Shown: in pieces, positions 27,301 to 42,800 of the stretch
How the letters are laid out: each line of letters begins with the position of its first letter
Numbering within the stretch: position 1 is the first letter of the stretch
Assembly: GCF_009914755.1 (NCBI RefSeq)
Contig: NC_060925.1
Direction: 5' to 3' (one strand)
DNA length: 64,000 bases
Source: the human T2T-CHM13v2.0 reference genome, Homo sapiens
The notes under the pieces: generated by a model
Database searches by the model: none
The model's input: only the letters and a program-made list of their open reading frames with translations
What the model was told of the DNA's origin: nothing
Translations under genes and position numbers: made by a program

Positions 27301-28749
27301 TCGAAGAGAATCTTCGAACGGACCCGAATGGAATCATCTAATGGAATGGAATGGAATAGTCCATGGACTCGAATGCAATCATCATCGAATGGAATCGAAT
27401 GGAATCATCGAATGGACTCGAATGGAATAATCATTGAACGGAATCGAATGGAATCATCATCGGATGGAAACGAATGGAATCATCATCGAATGGAAATGAA
27501 AGGAGTCATCATCTAATGGAATTGCATGGAATCATCATAAAATGGAATCGAATGGAATCAACATCAAATGGAATCAAATGGAATCATTGAACGGAATTGA
27601 ATGGAATCGTCATCGAATGAATTGACTGCAATCATCGAATGGTCTCGAATGGAATCATCTTCAAATGGAATGGAATGGAATCATCGCATAGAATCGAATG
27701 GAATTATCATCGAATGGAATCGAATGGAATCAACATCAAACGGAAAAAAACGGAATTATCGAATGGAATCGAAGAGAATCATCGAATGGACCCGAATGGA
27801 ATCATCTAATGGAATGGAATGGAATAATCCATGGACTCGAATGCAATCATCATCGAATGGAATCGAATGGAATCATCGAATGGACTCGAATGGAATAATC
27901 ATTGAACGGAATAGAATGGAATCATCATCGGATGGAAATGAATGGAATCATCATCTAATGGAATCGAATAGAATTATGGAATGAAATCCAGTGTGATCAT
28001 CATCGAATGGACCCGAATGGAATCATCATCCAACGGAAGCTAATGGAATCAACATCGAATGAATCAAATGGAAACACCATCGAATTGAAACGAATGGAAT
28101 TATCATGAAATTGAAATGGATGGACTCATCATCGAATGGAATCGAATGGTATCATTGAATGGAATCGAATGGAATCATCATCAGATGGAAATGAATGGAA
28201 TCGTCATAGAATGGAATCGAATGGATTCATTGAATGGAATCAGATGGAATCATCGAATGGACTGGAATGGAATCATTGAATGGACTCGAAAGGGATCATG
28301 ATTGAATGGAATTGAATGGAATCATCGAATGGTCTCGATTGGAATCATTATCAAATGGAATCGAATGGAATCACCGAATAGAATCGAATGGAACAATCAT
28401 CGAATGGACTCAAATGGAATTATCCTCCAATGGAATCGAATGGAATTATCGAATGCAATCGAAAGGAATTATCGAATGCAATCGAATAGAATCATCGAAT
28501 GGACTCGAATGGAATCATCGAATGGAATGGAATGGAACAGTCAATGAACTCGAATGGAATCATCATTGAATGGAATCGAATGGAATCATCGAGAGGAATC
28601 GAATGGAATTATGATCAAATGGAATCGAATGTAATCATCATCAAATGGAATCAAAAATAACCATCATCAATTGGTATTGAATGGAATTGTCATCAAATGG
28701 AATTCAAAGGAATCATCATCAAATGGAACCGAATGGAATCCTCATTGAA

Positions 28750-31557
28750 TGGAAATGAAAGGGGTCATCATCTAATGGAATCGCATGGAATCATCATCAA
28801 ATGGAATCGAAAGGAATCATCATCAAATGGAATCTAATGGAATCATTGAACAGAATTGAATGGAATCGTCATCGAATGAATTGAATGCAATCATCGAATG
28901 GTCTCGAATGGAATCATCTTCTAATGGAAAGGAATGGAATCATCGCATAGAATCGAATGGAATTATCATCGAATGGAATCGAATGGTATCAACACCAAAC
29001 GGAAAAAAACGGAATTATCGAATGGAATCGAAGAGAATCTTCGAACGGACCCGAATGGAATCATCTAATGGAATGGAATGGAATAATCCATGGACTCGAA
29101 TGCAATCATCATCGAATGGAATCGAATGGAATCATCGAATGGACTCGAATGGAATAATCATTGAACGGAATCGAATGGAATCATCATCGGATGGAAACGA
29201 ATGGAATCATCATCGAATGGAAATGAAAGGAGTCATCATCTAATGGAATTGCATGGAATCATCATCAAATGGAATCGAATGGAATCAACATCAAATGGAA
29301 TCAAATGGAATCATTGAACGGAATTGAATGGAATCGTCATCGAATGAATTGACTGCAATCATCGAATGGTCTCGAATGGAATCATCTTCAAATGGAATGG
29401 AATGGAATCATCCCATAGAATGGAATGGAATTATCATCGAATGGAATCGAATGGAATCAACATCAAACGGAAAAAAACGGAATTATCGAATGGAATCGAA
29501 GAGAATCATCGAATGGACCCGAATGGAATCATCTAATGGAATGGAATGGAATAATCCATGGACTCGAATGCAATCATCATCGAATGGAATCGAATGGAAT
29601 CATCGAATGGACTCGAATGGAATAATCATTGAACGGAATCGAATTGAATCATCATCGGATGGAAACGAATGGAATCATCATCGAATGGAAATGAAAGGAG
29701 TCATCATCTAATGGAATTGCATGGAATCATCATAAAATGGAATCGAATGGAATCAACATCAAATGGAATCAAATGGAATCATTGAACGGAATTGAATGGA
29801 ATCGTCATCGAATGAATTGACTGCAATCATCCAATGGTCTCGAATGGAATCATCTTCAAATGGAATGGAATGGAATCATCGCATAGAATCGAATGGAATT
29901 ATCATCGAATGGAATCGAATGGAATCAACATCCAACGGAAAAAAACGGAATTATCGAATGGAATCGAAGAGAATCATCGAATGGACCCGAATGGAATCAT
30001 CTAATGGAATGGAATGGAATAATCCATGGACTCGAATGCAATCATCATCGAATGGAATCGAATGGAATCATCGAATGGACTCGAATGGAATAATCATTGA
30101 ACGGAATCGAATGGAATCATCATCGGATGGAAACGAATGGAATCATCATCGAATGGAAATGAAAGGAGTCATCATCTAATGGAATTGCATGGAATCATCA
30201 TAAAATGGAATCGAATGGAATCAACATCAAATGGAATCAAATGGAATCATTGAACGGAATTGAATGGAATCGTCATCGAATGAATTGACTGCAATCATCC
30301 AATGGTCTCGAATGGAATCATCTTCAAATGGAATGGAATGGAATCATCGCATAGAATCGAATGGAATTATCATCGAATGGAATCGAATGGAATCAACATC
30401 CAACGGAAAAAAACGGAATTATCGAATGGAATCGAAGAGAATCATCGAATGGACCCGAATGGAATCATCTAATGGAATGGAATGGAATAATCCATGGACT
30501 CGAATGCAATCATCATCGAATGGAATCGAATGGAATCATCGAATGGACTCGAATGGAATAATCATTGAACGGAATCGAATGGAATCATCATCGGATGGAA
30601 ACGAATGGAATCATCATCGAATGGAAATGAAAGGAGTCATCATCTAATGGAATTGCATGGAATCATCATAAAATGGAATCGAATGGAATCAACATCAAAT
30701 GGAATCAAATGGAATCATTGAACGGAATTGAATGGAATCGTCATCGAATGAATTGACTGCAATCATCCAATGGTCTCGAATGGAATCATCTTCAAATGGA
30801 ATGGAATGGAATCATCGCATAGAATCGAATGGAATTATCATCGAATGGAATCGAATGGAATCAACATCCAACGGAAAAAAACGGAATTATCGAATGGAAT
30901 CGAAGAGAATGATCGAATGGACCCGAATGGAATCATCTAATGGAATGGAATGGAATAATCCATGGACTCGAATGCAATCATCATCGAATGGAATCGAATG
31001 GAATCATCGAATGGACTCGAATGGAATAATCATTGAACGGAATCGAATGGAATCATCATCGGATGGAAACGAATGGAATCATCATCGAATGGAAATGAAA
31101 GGAGTCATCATCTAATGGAATTGCATGGAATCATCATCAAATGGAATCGAATGGAATCAACATCAAATGGAATCAAATGGAATCATTGAACGGAATTGAA
31201 TGGAATCGTCATCGAATGAATTGACTGCAATCATCGAATGGTCTCGAATGGAATCATCTTCAAATGGAATGGAATGGAATCATCGCATAGAATCGAATGG
31301 AATTATCATCGAATGGAATCGAATGGAATCAACATCAAACGGAAAAAAACGGAATTATCGAATGGAATCGAAGAGAATCATCGAATGGACCCGAATGGAA
31401 TCATCTAATGGAATGGAATGGAATAATCCATGGACTCGAATGCAATCATCATCGAATGGAATCGAATGGAATCATCGAATGGACTCGAATGGAATAATCA
31501 TTGAACGGAATCGAATGGAATCATCATCGGATGGAAATGAATGGAATCATCGTCGAA
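28750..31557 (+). repeat. Six tandem 468-bp modules (3,648-bp expanded unit), copy 1
   Basis: Module ORF starts at 28860, 29328, 29796, 30264, 30732 and 31200, each 468 bp apart. Confidence 0.95.
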
Positions 31558-32397
31558 TGGAATCGAATAGAATTATGGAATGAAATCCAGTGTGATCATC
31601 ATCGAATGGACCCGAATGGAATCATCATCCAACGGAAGCTAATGGAATCAACATCGAATGAATCGAATGGAAACACCATCGAATTGAAACGAATGGAATT
31701 ATCATGAAATTGAAATGGATGGACTCATCATCGGATGGATTCGAATGGAATCATCGAATAAAATTGAATGAAATCATCATCGAATGGAATCGAATGGTAT
31801 CATTGAATGGAATCGAATGGAATCATCATCAGATGGAAATGAATGGAATCGTCATAGAATGGAATCGAATGGATTCATTGAATGGAATCAGATGGAATCA
31901 TCGAATGGACTGGAATGGAATCATTGAATGGACTCGAAAGGGATCATGATTGAATGGAATTGAATGGAATCATCGAATGGTCTCGATTGGAATCATTATC
32001 AAATGGAATCGAATGGAATCACCGAATAGAATCGAATGGAACAGTCATCGCATGGACTCAAATGGAATTATCCTCAAATGGAATCGAATGGAATTATCGA
32101 ATGCAATCGAATGGAATTATCGAATGCAATCGAATAGAATCATCGAATGGACTCGAATGGAATCATCGAATGGAATGGAATGGAACAGTCAATGAACTCG
32201 AATGGAATCATCATTGAATGGAATCGAATGGAATCATCGAGTGGAATCGAATGGAATTATGATCAAATGGAATCGAATGTAGTCATCATCAAATGGAATC
32301 AAAAATAACCATCATCAATTGGTATTGAATGGAATTGTCATCAAATGGAATTCAAAGGAATCATCATCAAATGGAACCGAATGGAATCCTCATTGAA

Positions 32398-33801
32398 TGG
32401 AAATGAAAGGGGTCATCATCTAATGGAATCGCATGGAATCATCATCAAATGGAATCGAATGGAATCATCATCAAATGGAATCTAATGGAATCATTGAACA
32501 GAATTGAATGGAATCGTCATCGAATGAATTGAATGCAATAATCGAATGGTCTCGAATGGAATCATCTTCTAATGGAAAGGAATGGAATCATCGCATAGAA
32601 TCGAATGGAATTATCATCGAATGGAATCGAATGGTATCAACACCAAACGGAAAAAAACGGAATTATCGAATGGAATCGAAGAGAATCTTCGAACGGACCC
32701 GAATGGAATCATCTAATGGAATGGAATGGAATAATCCATGGACTCGAATGCAATCATCATCGAATGGAATCGAATGGAATCATCGAATGGACTCGAATGG
32801 AATAATCATTGAACGGAATCGATTGGAATCATCATCGGATGGAAACGAATGGAATCATCATCGAATGGAAATGAAAGGAGTCATCATCTAATGGAATTGC
32901 ATGGAATCATCATAAAATGGAATCGAATGGAATCAACATCAAATGGAATCAAATGGAATCATTGAACGGAATTGAATGGAATCGTCATCGAATGAATTGA
33001 CTGCAATCATCCAATGGTCTCGAATGGAATCATCTTCAAATGGAATGGAATGGAATCATCGCATAGAATCGAATGGAATTATCATCGAATGGAATCGAAT
33101 GGAATCAACATCCAACGGAAAAAAACGGAATTATCGAATGGAATCGAAGAGAATCATCGAATGGACCCGAATGGAATCATCTAATGGAATGGAATGGAAT
33201 AATCCATGGACTCGAATGCAATCATCATCGAATGGAATCGAATGGAATCATCGAATGGACTCGAATGGAATAATCATTGAACGGAATCGAATGGAATCAT
33301 CATCGGATGGAAACGAATGGAATCATCATCGAATGGAAATGAAAGGAGTCATCATCTAATGGAATTGCATGGAATCATCATAAAATGGAATCGAATGGAA
33401 TCAACATCAAATGGAATCAAATGGAATCATTGAACGGAATTGAATGGAATCGTCATCGAATGAATTGACTGCAATCATCCAATGGTCTCGAATGGAATCA
33501 TCTTCAAATGGAATGGAATGGAATCGTCGCATAGAATCGAATGGAATTATCATCGAATGGAATCGAATGGAATCAACATCAAACGGAAAAAAACGGAATT
33601 ATCGAATGGAATCGAAGAGAATCATCGAATGGACCCGAATGGAATCATCTAATGGAATGGAATGGAATAATCCATGGACTCGAATGCAATCATCATCGAA
33701 TGGAATCGAATGGAATCATCGAATGGACTCGAATGGAATAATCATTGAACGGAATCGAATGGAATCATCATCGGATGGAAACGAATGGAATCATCATCGA
33801 A
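32398..33801 (+). repeat. Three tandem 468-bp modules (2,244-bp unit), copy 1
   Basis: Module ORF starts at 32508, 32976 and 33444. Confidence 0.95.
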
Positions 33802-36800
33802 TGGAATCGAATAGAATTATGGAATGAAATCCAGTGTGATCATCATCGAATGGACCCGAATGGAATCATCATCCAACGGAAGCTAATGGAATCAACATCG
33901 AATGAATCGAATGGAAACACCATCGAATTGAAACGAATGGAATTATCATGAAATTGAAATGGATGGACTCATCATCGAATGGATTCGAATGGAATCATCG
34001 AATAAAATTGAATGAAATCATCATCGAATGGAATCGAATGGTATCATTGAATGGAATCGAATGGAATCATCATCAGATGGAAATGAATGGAATCGTCATA
34101 GAATGGAATCGAATGGATTCATTGAATGGAATCAGATGGAATCATCGAATGGACTGGAATGGAATCATTGAATGGACTCGAAAGGGATCATGATTGAATG
34201 GAATTGAATGGAATCATCGAATGGTCTCGATTGGAATCATTATCAAATGGAATCGAATGGAATCACCGAATAGAATCGAATGGAACAGTCATCGCATGGA
34301 CTCAAATGGAATTATCCTCAAATGGAATCGAATGGAATTATCGAATGCAATCGAATGGAATTATCGAATGCAATCGAATAGAATCATCGAATGGACTCGA
34401 ATGGAATCATCGAATGGAATGGAATGGAACAGTTAATGAACTCGAATGGAATCATCATTGAATGGAATCGAATGGAATCATCGAGTGGAATCGAATGGAA
34501 TTATGATCAAATGGAATCGAATGTAATCATCATCAAATGGAATCAAAAATAACCATCAACAATTGGTATTGAATGGAATTGTCATCAAATGGAATTCAAA
34601 GGAATCATCATCAAATGGAACCGAATGGAATCCTCATTGAATGGAAATGAAAGGGGTCATCATCTAATGGAATCGCATGGAATCATCATCAAATGGAATC
34701 GAATGGAATCATCATCAAATGGAATCTAATGGAATCATTGAACAGAATTGAATGGAATCGTCATCGAATGAATTGAATGCAATCATCGAATGGTCTCGAA
34801 TGGAATCATCTTCTAATGGAAAGGAATGGAATCATCGCATAGAATCGAATGGAATTATCATCGAATGGAATCGAATGGTATCAACACCAAACGGAAAAAA
34901 ACGGAATTATCGAATGGAATCGAAGAGAATCTTCGAACGGACCCGAATGGAATCATCTAATGGAATGGAATGGAATAATCCATGGACTCGAATGCAATCA
35001 TCATCGAATGGAATGGAATGGAATCAACGAATGGACTCGAATGGAATAATCATTGAACGGAATCGAATGGAATCATCATCGGATGGAAACGAATGGAATC
35101 ATCATCGAATGGAAATGAAAGGAGTCATCATCTAATGGGATTGCATGGAATCATCATAAAATGGAATCGAATGGAATCAACATCAAATGGAATCAAATGG
35201 AATCATTGAACGGAATTGAATGGAATCGTCATCGAATGAATTGACTGCAATCATCGAATGGTCTCGAATGGAATCATCTTCAAATGGAATGGAATGGAAT
35301 CATCGCATAGAATCGAATGGAATTATCATCGAATGGAATCGAATGGAATCAACATCAAACGGAAAAAAACAGAATTATCGTATGGAATCGAAGAGAATCA
35401 TCGAATGGACCCGAATGGAATCATCTAATGGAATGGAATGGAATAATCCATGGACTCGAATGCAATCATCATCGAATGGAATCGAATGGAATCATCGAAT
35501 GGACTCGAATGGAATAATCATTGAACGGAATCGAATGGAATCATCATCGGATGGAAATGAATGGAATCATCATCGAATGGAATCGAATAGAATTATGGAA
35601 TGAAATCCAGTGTGATCATCATCGAATGGACCCGAATGGAATCATCATCCAACGGAAGCTAATGGAATCAACATCGAATGAATCGAATGGAAACACCATC
35701 GAATTGAAACGAATGGAATTATCATGAAATTGAAATGGATGGACTCATCATCGAATGGATTCGAATGGAATCATCGAATAAAATTGATTGAAATCATCAT
35801 CGAATGGAATCGAATGGTATCATTGAATGGAATCGAATGGAATCATCATCAGATGGAAATGAATGGAATCGTCATAGAATGGAATCGAATGGATTCATTG
35901 AATGGAATCAGATGGAATCATCGAATGGACTGGAATGGAATCATTGAATGGACTCGAAAGGGATCATGATTGAATGGAATTGAATGGAATCATCGAATGG
36001 TCTCGATTGGAATCATTATCAAATGGAATCGAATGGAATCACCGAATAGAATCGAATGGAACAATCATCGAATGGACTCAAATGAAATTATCCTCCAATG
36101 GAATCGAATGGAATTATTGAATGCAATCGAATGGAATTATCGAATGCAATCGAATAGAATCATCGAATGGACTCGAATGGAATCATCGAATGGAATGGAA
36201 TGGAACAGTCAATGAACTCGAATGGAATCATCATTGAATGGAATCGAATGGAATCATCGAGTGGAATCGAATGGAATTATGATCAAATGGAATCGAATGT
36301 AATCATCATCAAATGGAATCAAAAATAACCATCATCAATTGGTATTGAATGGAATTGTCATCAAATGGAATTCAAAGGAATCATCATCAAATGGAACCGA
36401 ATGGAATCCTCATTGAATGGAAATGAAAGGGGTCATCATCTAATGGAATCGCATGGAATCATCATCAAATGGAATCGAATGGAATCATCATCAAATGGAA
36501 TCTAATGGAATCATTGAACAGAATTGAATGGAATCGTCATCGAATGAATTGAATGCAATAATCGAATGGTCTCGAATGGAATCATCTTCTAATGGAAAGG
36601 AATGGAATCATCGCATAGAATCGAATGGAATTATCATCGAATGGAATCGAATGGTATCAACACCAAACGGAAAAAAACGGAATTATCGAATGGAATCGAA
36701 GAGAATCTTCGAACGGACCCGAATGGAATCATCTAATGGAATGGAATGGAATAATCCATGGACTCGAATGCAATCATCATCGAATGGAATCGAATGGAAT

Positions 36801-39800
36801 CATCGAATGGACTCGAATGGAATAATCATTGAACGGAATCGATTGGAATCATCATCGGATGGAAACGAATGGAATCATCATCGAATGGAAATGAAAGGAG
36901 TCATCATCTAATGGAATTGCATGGAATCATCATAAAATGGAATCGAATGGAATCAACATCAAATGGAATCAAATGGAATCATTGAACGGAATTGAATGGA
37001 ATCGTCATCGAATGAATTGACTGCAATCATCGAATGGTCTCGAATGGAATCATCTTCAAATGGAATGGAATGGAATCATCGCATAGAATCGAATGGAATT
37101 ATCATCGAATGGAATCGAATGGAATCAACATCCAACGGAAAAAAACGGAATTATCGAATGGAATCGAAGAGAATCATCGAATGGACCCGAATGGAATCAT
37201 CTAATGGAATGGAATGGAATAATCCATGGACTCGAATGCAATCATCATCGAATGGAATCGAATGGAATCATAGAATGGACTCGAATGGAATAATCATTGA
37301 ACGGAATCGAATGGAATCATCATTGGATGGAAATGAATGGAATCATCATCGAATGGAATCGAATAGAATTATGGAATGAAATCCAGTGTGATCATCATCG
37401 AATGGACCCGAATGGAATCATCATCCAACGGAAGCTAATGGAATCAACATCGAATGAATCAAATGGAAACACCATCGAATTGAAACGAATGGAATTAACA
37501 TGAAATTGAAATGGATGGACTCATCATCGAATGGATTCGAATGGAATCATCGAATAAAATTGATTGAAATCATCATCGAATGGAATCGAATGGTATCATT
37601 GAATGGAATCGAATGGAATCATCATCAGATGGAAATGAATGGAATCGTCATAGAATGGAATCGAATGGATTCATTGAATGGAATCAGATGGAATCATCGA
37701 ATGGACTGGAATGGAATCATTGAATGGACTCGAAAGGGATCATGATTGAATGGAATTGAATGGAATCATCGAATGGTCTCGATTGGAATCATTATCAAAT
37801 GGAATCGAATGGAATCACCGAATAGAATCGAATGGAACAATCATCGAATGGACTCAAATGGAATTATCCTCCAATGGAATCGAATGGAATTATCGAATGC
37901 AATCGAATGGAATTATCGAATGCAATCGAATGGAATTATCGAATGCAATCGAATAGAATCATCGAATGGACTCGAATGGAATCATCGAATGGAATGGAAT
38001 GGAACAGTCAATGAACTCGAATGGAATCATCATTGAATGGAATCGAATGGAATCATCGAGTGGAATCGAATGGAATTATGATCAAATGGAATCGAATGTA
38101 ATCCTCATCAAATGGAATCAAAAATAACCATCATCAATTGGTATTGAATGGAATTGTCATCAAATGGAATTCAAAGGAATCATCATCAAATGGAACCGAA
38201 TGGAATCCTCATTGAATGGAAATGAAAGGGGTCATCATCTAATGGAATCGCATGGAATCATCATCAAATGGAATCGAATGGAATCATCATCAAATGGAAT
38301 CTAATGGAATCATTGAACAGAATTGAATGGAATCGTCATCGAATGAATTGAATGCAATCATCGAATGGTCTCGAATGGAATCATCTTCTAATGGAAAGGA
38401 ATGGAATCATCGCATAGAATCGAATGGAATTATCATCGAATAGAATCGAATGGTATCAACACCAAACGGAAAAAAACGGAATTATCGAATGGAATCGAAG
38501 AGAATCTTCGAACGGACCCGAATGGAATCATCTAATGGAATGGAATGGAATAGTCCATGGACTCGAATGCAATCATCATCGAATGGAATCGAATGGAATC
38601 ATCGAATGGACTCGAATGGAATAATCATTGAACGGAATCGAATGGAATCATCATCGGATGGAAACGAATGGAATCATCATCGAATGGAAATGAAAGGAGT
38701 CATCATCTAATGGAATTGCATGGAATCATCATAAAATGGAATCGAATGGAATCAACATCAAATGGAATCAAATGGAATCATTGAACGGAATTGAATGGAA
38801 TCGTCATCGAATGAATTGACTGCAATCATCGAATGGTCTCGAATGGAATCATCTTCAAATGGAATTGAATGGAATCATCGCATAGAATCGAATGGAATTA
38901 TCATCGAATGGAATCGAATGGAATCAACATCAAACGGAAAAAAACGGAATTATCGAATGGAATCGAAGAGAATCATCGAATGGACCCGAATGGAATCATC
39001 TAATGGAATGGAATGGAATAATCCATGGACTCGAATGCAATCATCATCGAATGGAATCGAATGGAATCATCGAATGGACTCGAATGGAATAATCATTGAA
39101 CGGAATAGAATGGAATCATCATCGGATGGAAATGAATGGAATCATCATCTAATGGAATCGAATAGAATTATGGAATGAAATCCAGTGTGATCATCATCGA
39201 ATGGACCCGAATGGAATCATCATCCAACGGAAGCTAATGGAATCAACATCGAATGAATCAAATGGAAACACCATCGAATTGAAACGAATGGAATTATCAT
39301 GAAATTGAAATGGATGGACTCATCATCGAATGGATTCGAATGGAATCATCGAATAAAATTGATTGAAATCATCATCGAATGGAATCGAATGGTATCATTG
39401 AATGGAATCGAATGGAATCATCATCAGATGGAAATGAATGGAATCGTCATAGAATGGAATCGAATGGATTCATTGAATGGAATCAGATGGAATCATCGAA
39501 TGGACTGGAATGGAATCATTGAATGGACTCGAAAGGGATCATGATTGAATGGAATTGAATGGAATCATCGAATGGTCTCGATTGGAATCATTATCAAATG
39601 GAATCGAATGGAATCACCGAATAGAATCGAATGGAACAATCATCGAATGGACTCAAATGGAATTATCCTCCAATGGAATCGAATGGAATTATCGAATGCA
39701 ATCGAATGGAATTATCGAATGCAATCGAATAGAATCATCGAATGGACTCGAATGGAATCATCGAATGGAATGGAATGGAACAGTCAATGAACTCGAATGG

Positions 39801-39992
39801 AATCATCATTGAATGGAATCGAATGGAATCATCGAGAGGAATCGAATGGAATTATGATCAAATGGAATCGAATGTAATCATCATCAAATGGAATCAAAAA
39901 TAACCATCATCAATTGGTATTGAATGGAATTGTCATCAAATGGAATTCAAAGGAATCATCATCAAATGGAACCGAATGGAATCCTCATTGAA

Positions 39993-42800
39993 TGGAAATG
40001 AAAGGGGTCATCATCTAATGGAATCGCATGGAATCATCATCAAATGGAATCGAAAGGAATCATCATCAAATGGAATCTAATGGAATCATTGAACAGAATT
40101 GAATGGAATCGTCATCGAATGAATTGAATGCAATCATCGAATGGTCTCGAATGGAATCATCTTCTAATGGAAAGGAATGGAATCATCGCATAGAATCGAA
40201 TGGAATTATCATCGAATGGAATCGAATGGTATCAACACCAAACGGAAAAAAACGGAATTATCGAATGGAATCGAAGAGAATCTTCGAACGGACCCGAATG
40301 GAATCATCTAATGGAATGGAATGGAATAATCCATGGACTCGAATGCAATCATCATCGAATGGAATCGAATGGAATCATCGAATGGACTCGAATGGAATAA
40401 TCATTGAACGGAATCGAATGGAATCATCATCGGATGGAAACGAATGGAATCATCATCGAATGGAAATGAAAGGAGTCATCATCTAATGGAATTGCATGGA
40501 ATCATCATCAAATGGAATCGAATGGAATCAACATCAAATGGAATCAAATGGAATCATTGAACGGAATTGAATGGAATCGTCATCGAATGAATTGACTGCA
40601 ATCATCGAATGGTCTCGAATGGAATCATCTTCAAATGGAATGGAATGGAATCATCCCATAGAATGGAATGGAATTATCATCGAATGGAATCGAATGGAAT
40701 CAACATCAAACGGAAAAAAACGGAATTATCGAATGGAATCGAAGAGAATCATCGAATGGACCCGAATGGAATCATCTAATGGAATGGAATGGAATAATCC
40801 ATGGACTCGAATGCAATCATCATCGAATGGAATCGAATGGAATCATCGAATGGACTCGAATGGAATAATCATTGAACGGAATCGAATTGAATCATCATCG
40901 GATGGAAACGAATGGAATCATCATCGAATGGAAATGAAAGGAGTCATCATCTAATGGAATTGCATGGAATCATCATAAAATGGAATCGAATGGAATCAAC
41001 ATCAAATGGAATCAAATGGAATCATTGAACGGAATTGAATGGAATCGTCATCGAATGAATTGACTGCAATCATCCAATGGTCTCGAATGGAATCATCTTC
41101 AAATGGAATGGAATGGAATCATCGCATAGAATCGAATGGAATTATCATCGAATGGAATCGAATGGAATCAACATCCAACGGAAAAAAACGGAATTATCGA
41201 ATGGAATCGAAGAGAATCATCGAATGGACCCGAATGGAATCATCTAATGGAATGGAATGGAATAATCCATGGACTCGAATGCAATCATCATCGAATGGAA
41301 TCGAATGGAATCATCGAATGGACTCGAATGGAATAATCATTGAACGGAATCGAATGGAATCATCATCGGATGGAAACGAATGGAATCATCATCGAATGGA
41401 AATGAAAGGAGTCATCATCTAATGGAATTGCATGGAATCATCATAAAATTTAATCGAATGGAATCAACATCAAATGGAATCAAATGGAATCATTGAACGG
41501 AATTGAATGGAATCGTCATCGAATGAATTGACTGCAATCATCCAATGGTCTCGAATGGAATCATCTTCAAATGGAATGGAATGGAATCATCGCATAGAAT
41601 CGAATGGAATTATCATCGAATGGAATCGAATGGAATCAACATCCAACGGAAAAAAACGGAATTATCGAATGGAATCGAAGAGAATCATCGAATGGACCCG
41701 AATGGAATCATCTAATGGAATGGAATGGAATAATCCATGGACTCGAATGCAATCATCATCGAATGGAATCGAATGGAATCATCGAATGGACTCGAATGGA
41801 ATAATCATTGAACGGAATCGAATGGAATCATCATCGGATGGAAACGAATGGAATCATCATCGAATGGAAATGAAAGGAGTCATCATCTAATGGAATTGCA
41901 TGGAATCATCATAAAATGGAATCGAATGGAATCAACATCAAATGGAATCAAATGGAATCATTGAACGGAATTGAATGGAATCGTCATCGAATGAATTGAC
42001 TGCAATCATCCAATGGTCTCGAATGGAATCATCTTCAAATGGAATGGAATGGAATCATCGCATAGAATCGAATGGAATTATCATCGAATGGAATCGAATG
42101 GAATCAACATCCAACGGAAAAAAACGGAATTATCGAATGGAATCGAAGAGAATGATCGAATGGACCCGAATGGAATCATCTAATGGAATGGAATGGAATA
42201 ATCCATGGACTCGAATGCAATCATCATCGAATGGAATCGAATGGAATCATCGAATGGACTCGAATGGAATAATCATTGAACGGAATCGAATGGAATCATC
42301 ATCGGATGGAAACGAATGGAATCATCATCGAATGGAAATGAAAGGAGTCATCATCTAATGGAATTGCATGGAATCATCATCAAATGGAATCGAATGGAAT
42401 CAACATCAAATGGAATCAAATGGAATCATTGAACGGAATTGAATGGAATCGTCATCGAATGAATTGACTGCAATCATCGAATGGTCTCGAATGGAATCAT
42501 CTTCAAATGGAATGGAATGGAATCATCGCATAGAATCGAATGGAATTATCATCGAATGGAATCGAATGGAATCAACATCAAACGGAAAAAAACGGAATTA
42601 TCGAATGGAATCGAAGAGAATCATCGAATGGACCCGAATGGAATCATCTAATGGAATGGAATGGAATAATCCATGGACTCGAATGCAATCATCATCGAAT
42701 GGAATCGAATGGAATCATCGAATGGACTCGAATGGAATAATCATTGAACGGAATCGAATGGAATCATCATCGGATGGAAATGAATGGAATCATCATCGAA
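39993..42800 (+). repeat. Six tandem 468-bp modules (3,648-bp expanded unit), copy 2
   Basis: Module ORF starts at 40103, 40571, 41039, 41507, 41975 and 42443. Confidence 0.95.
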
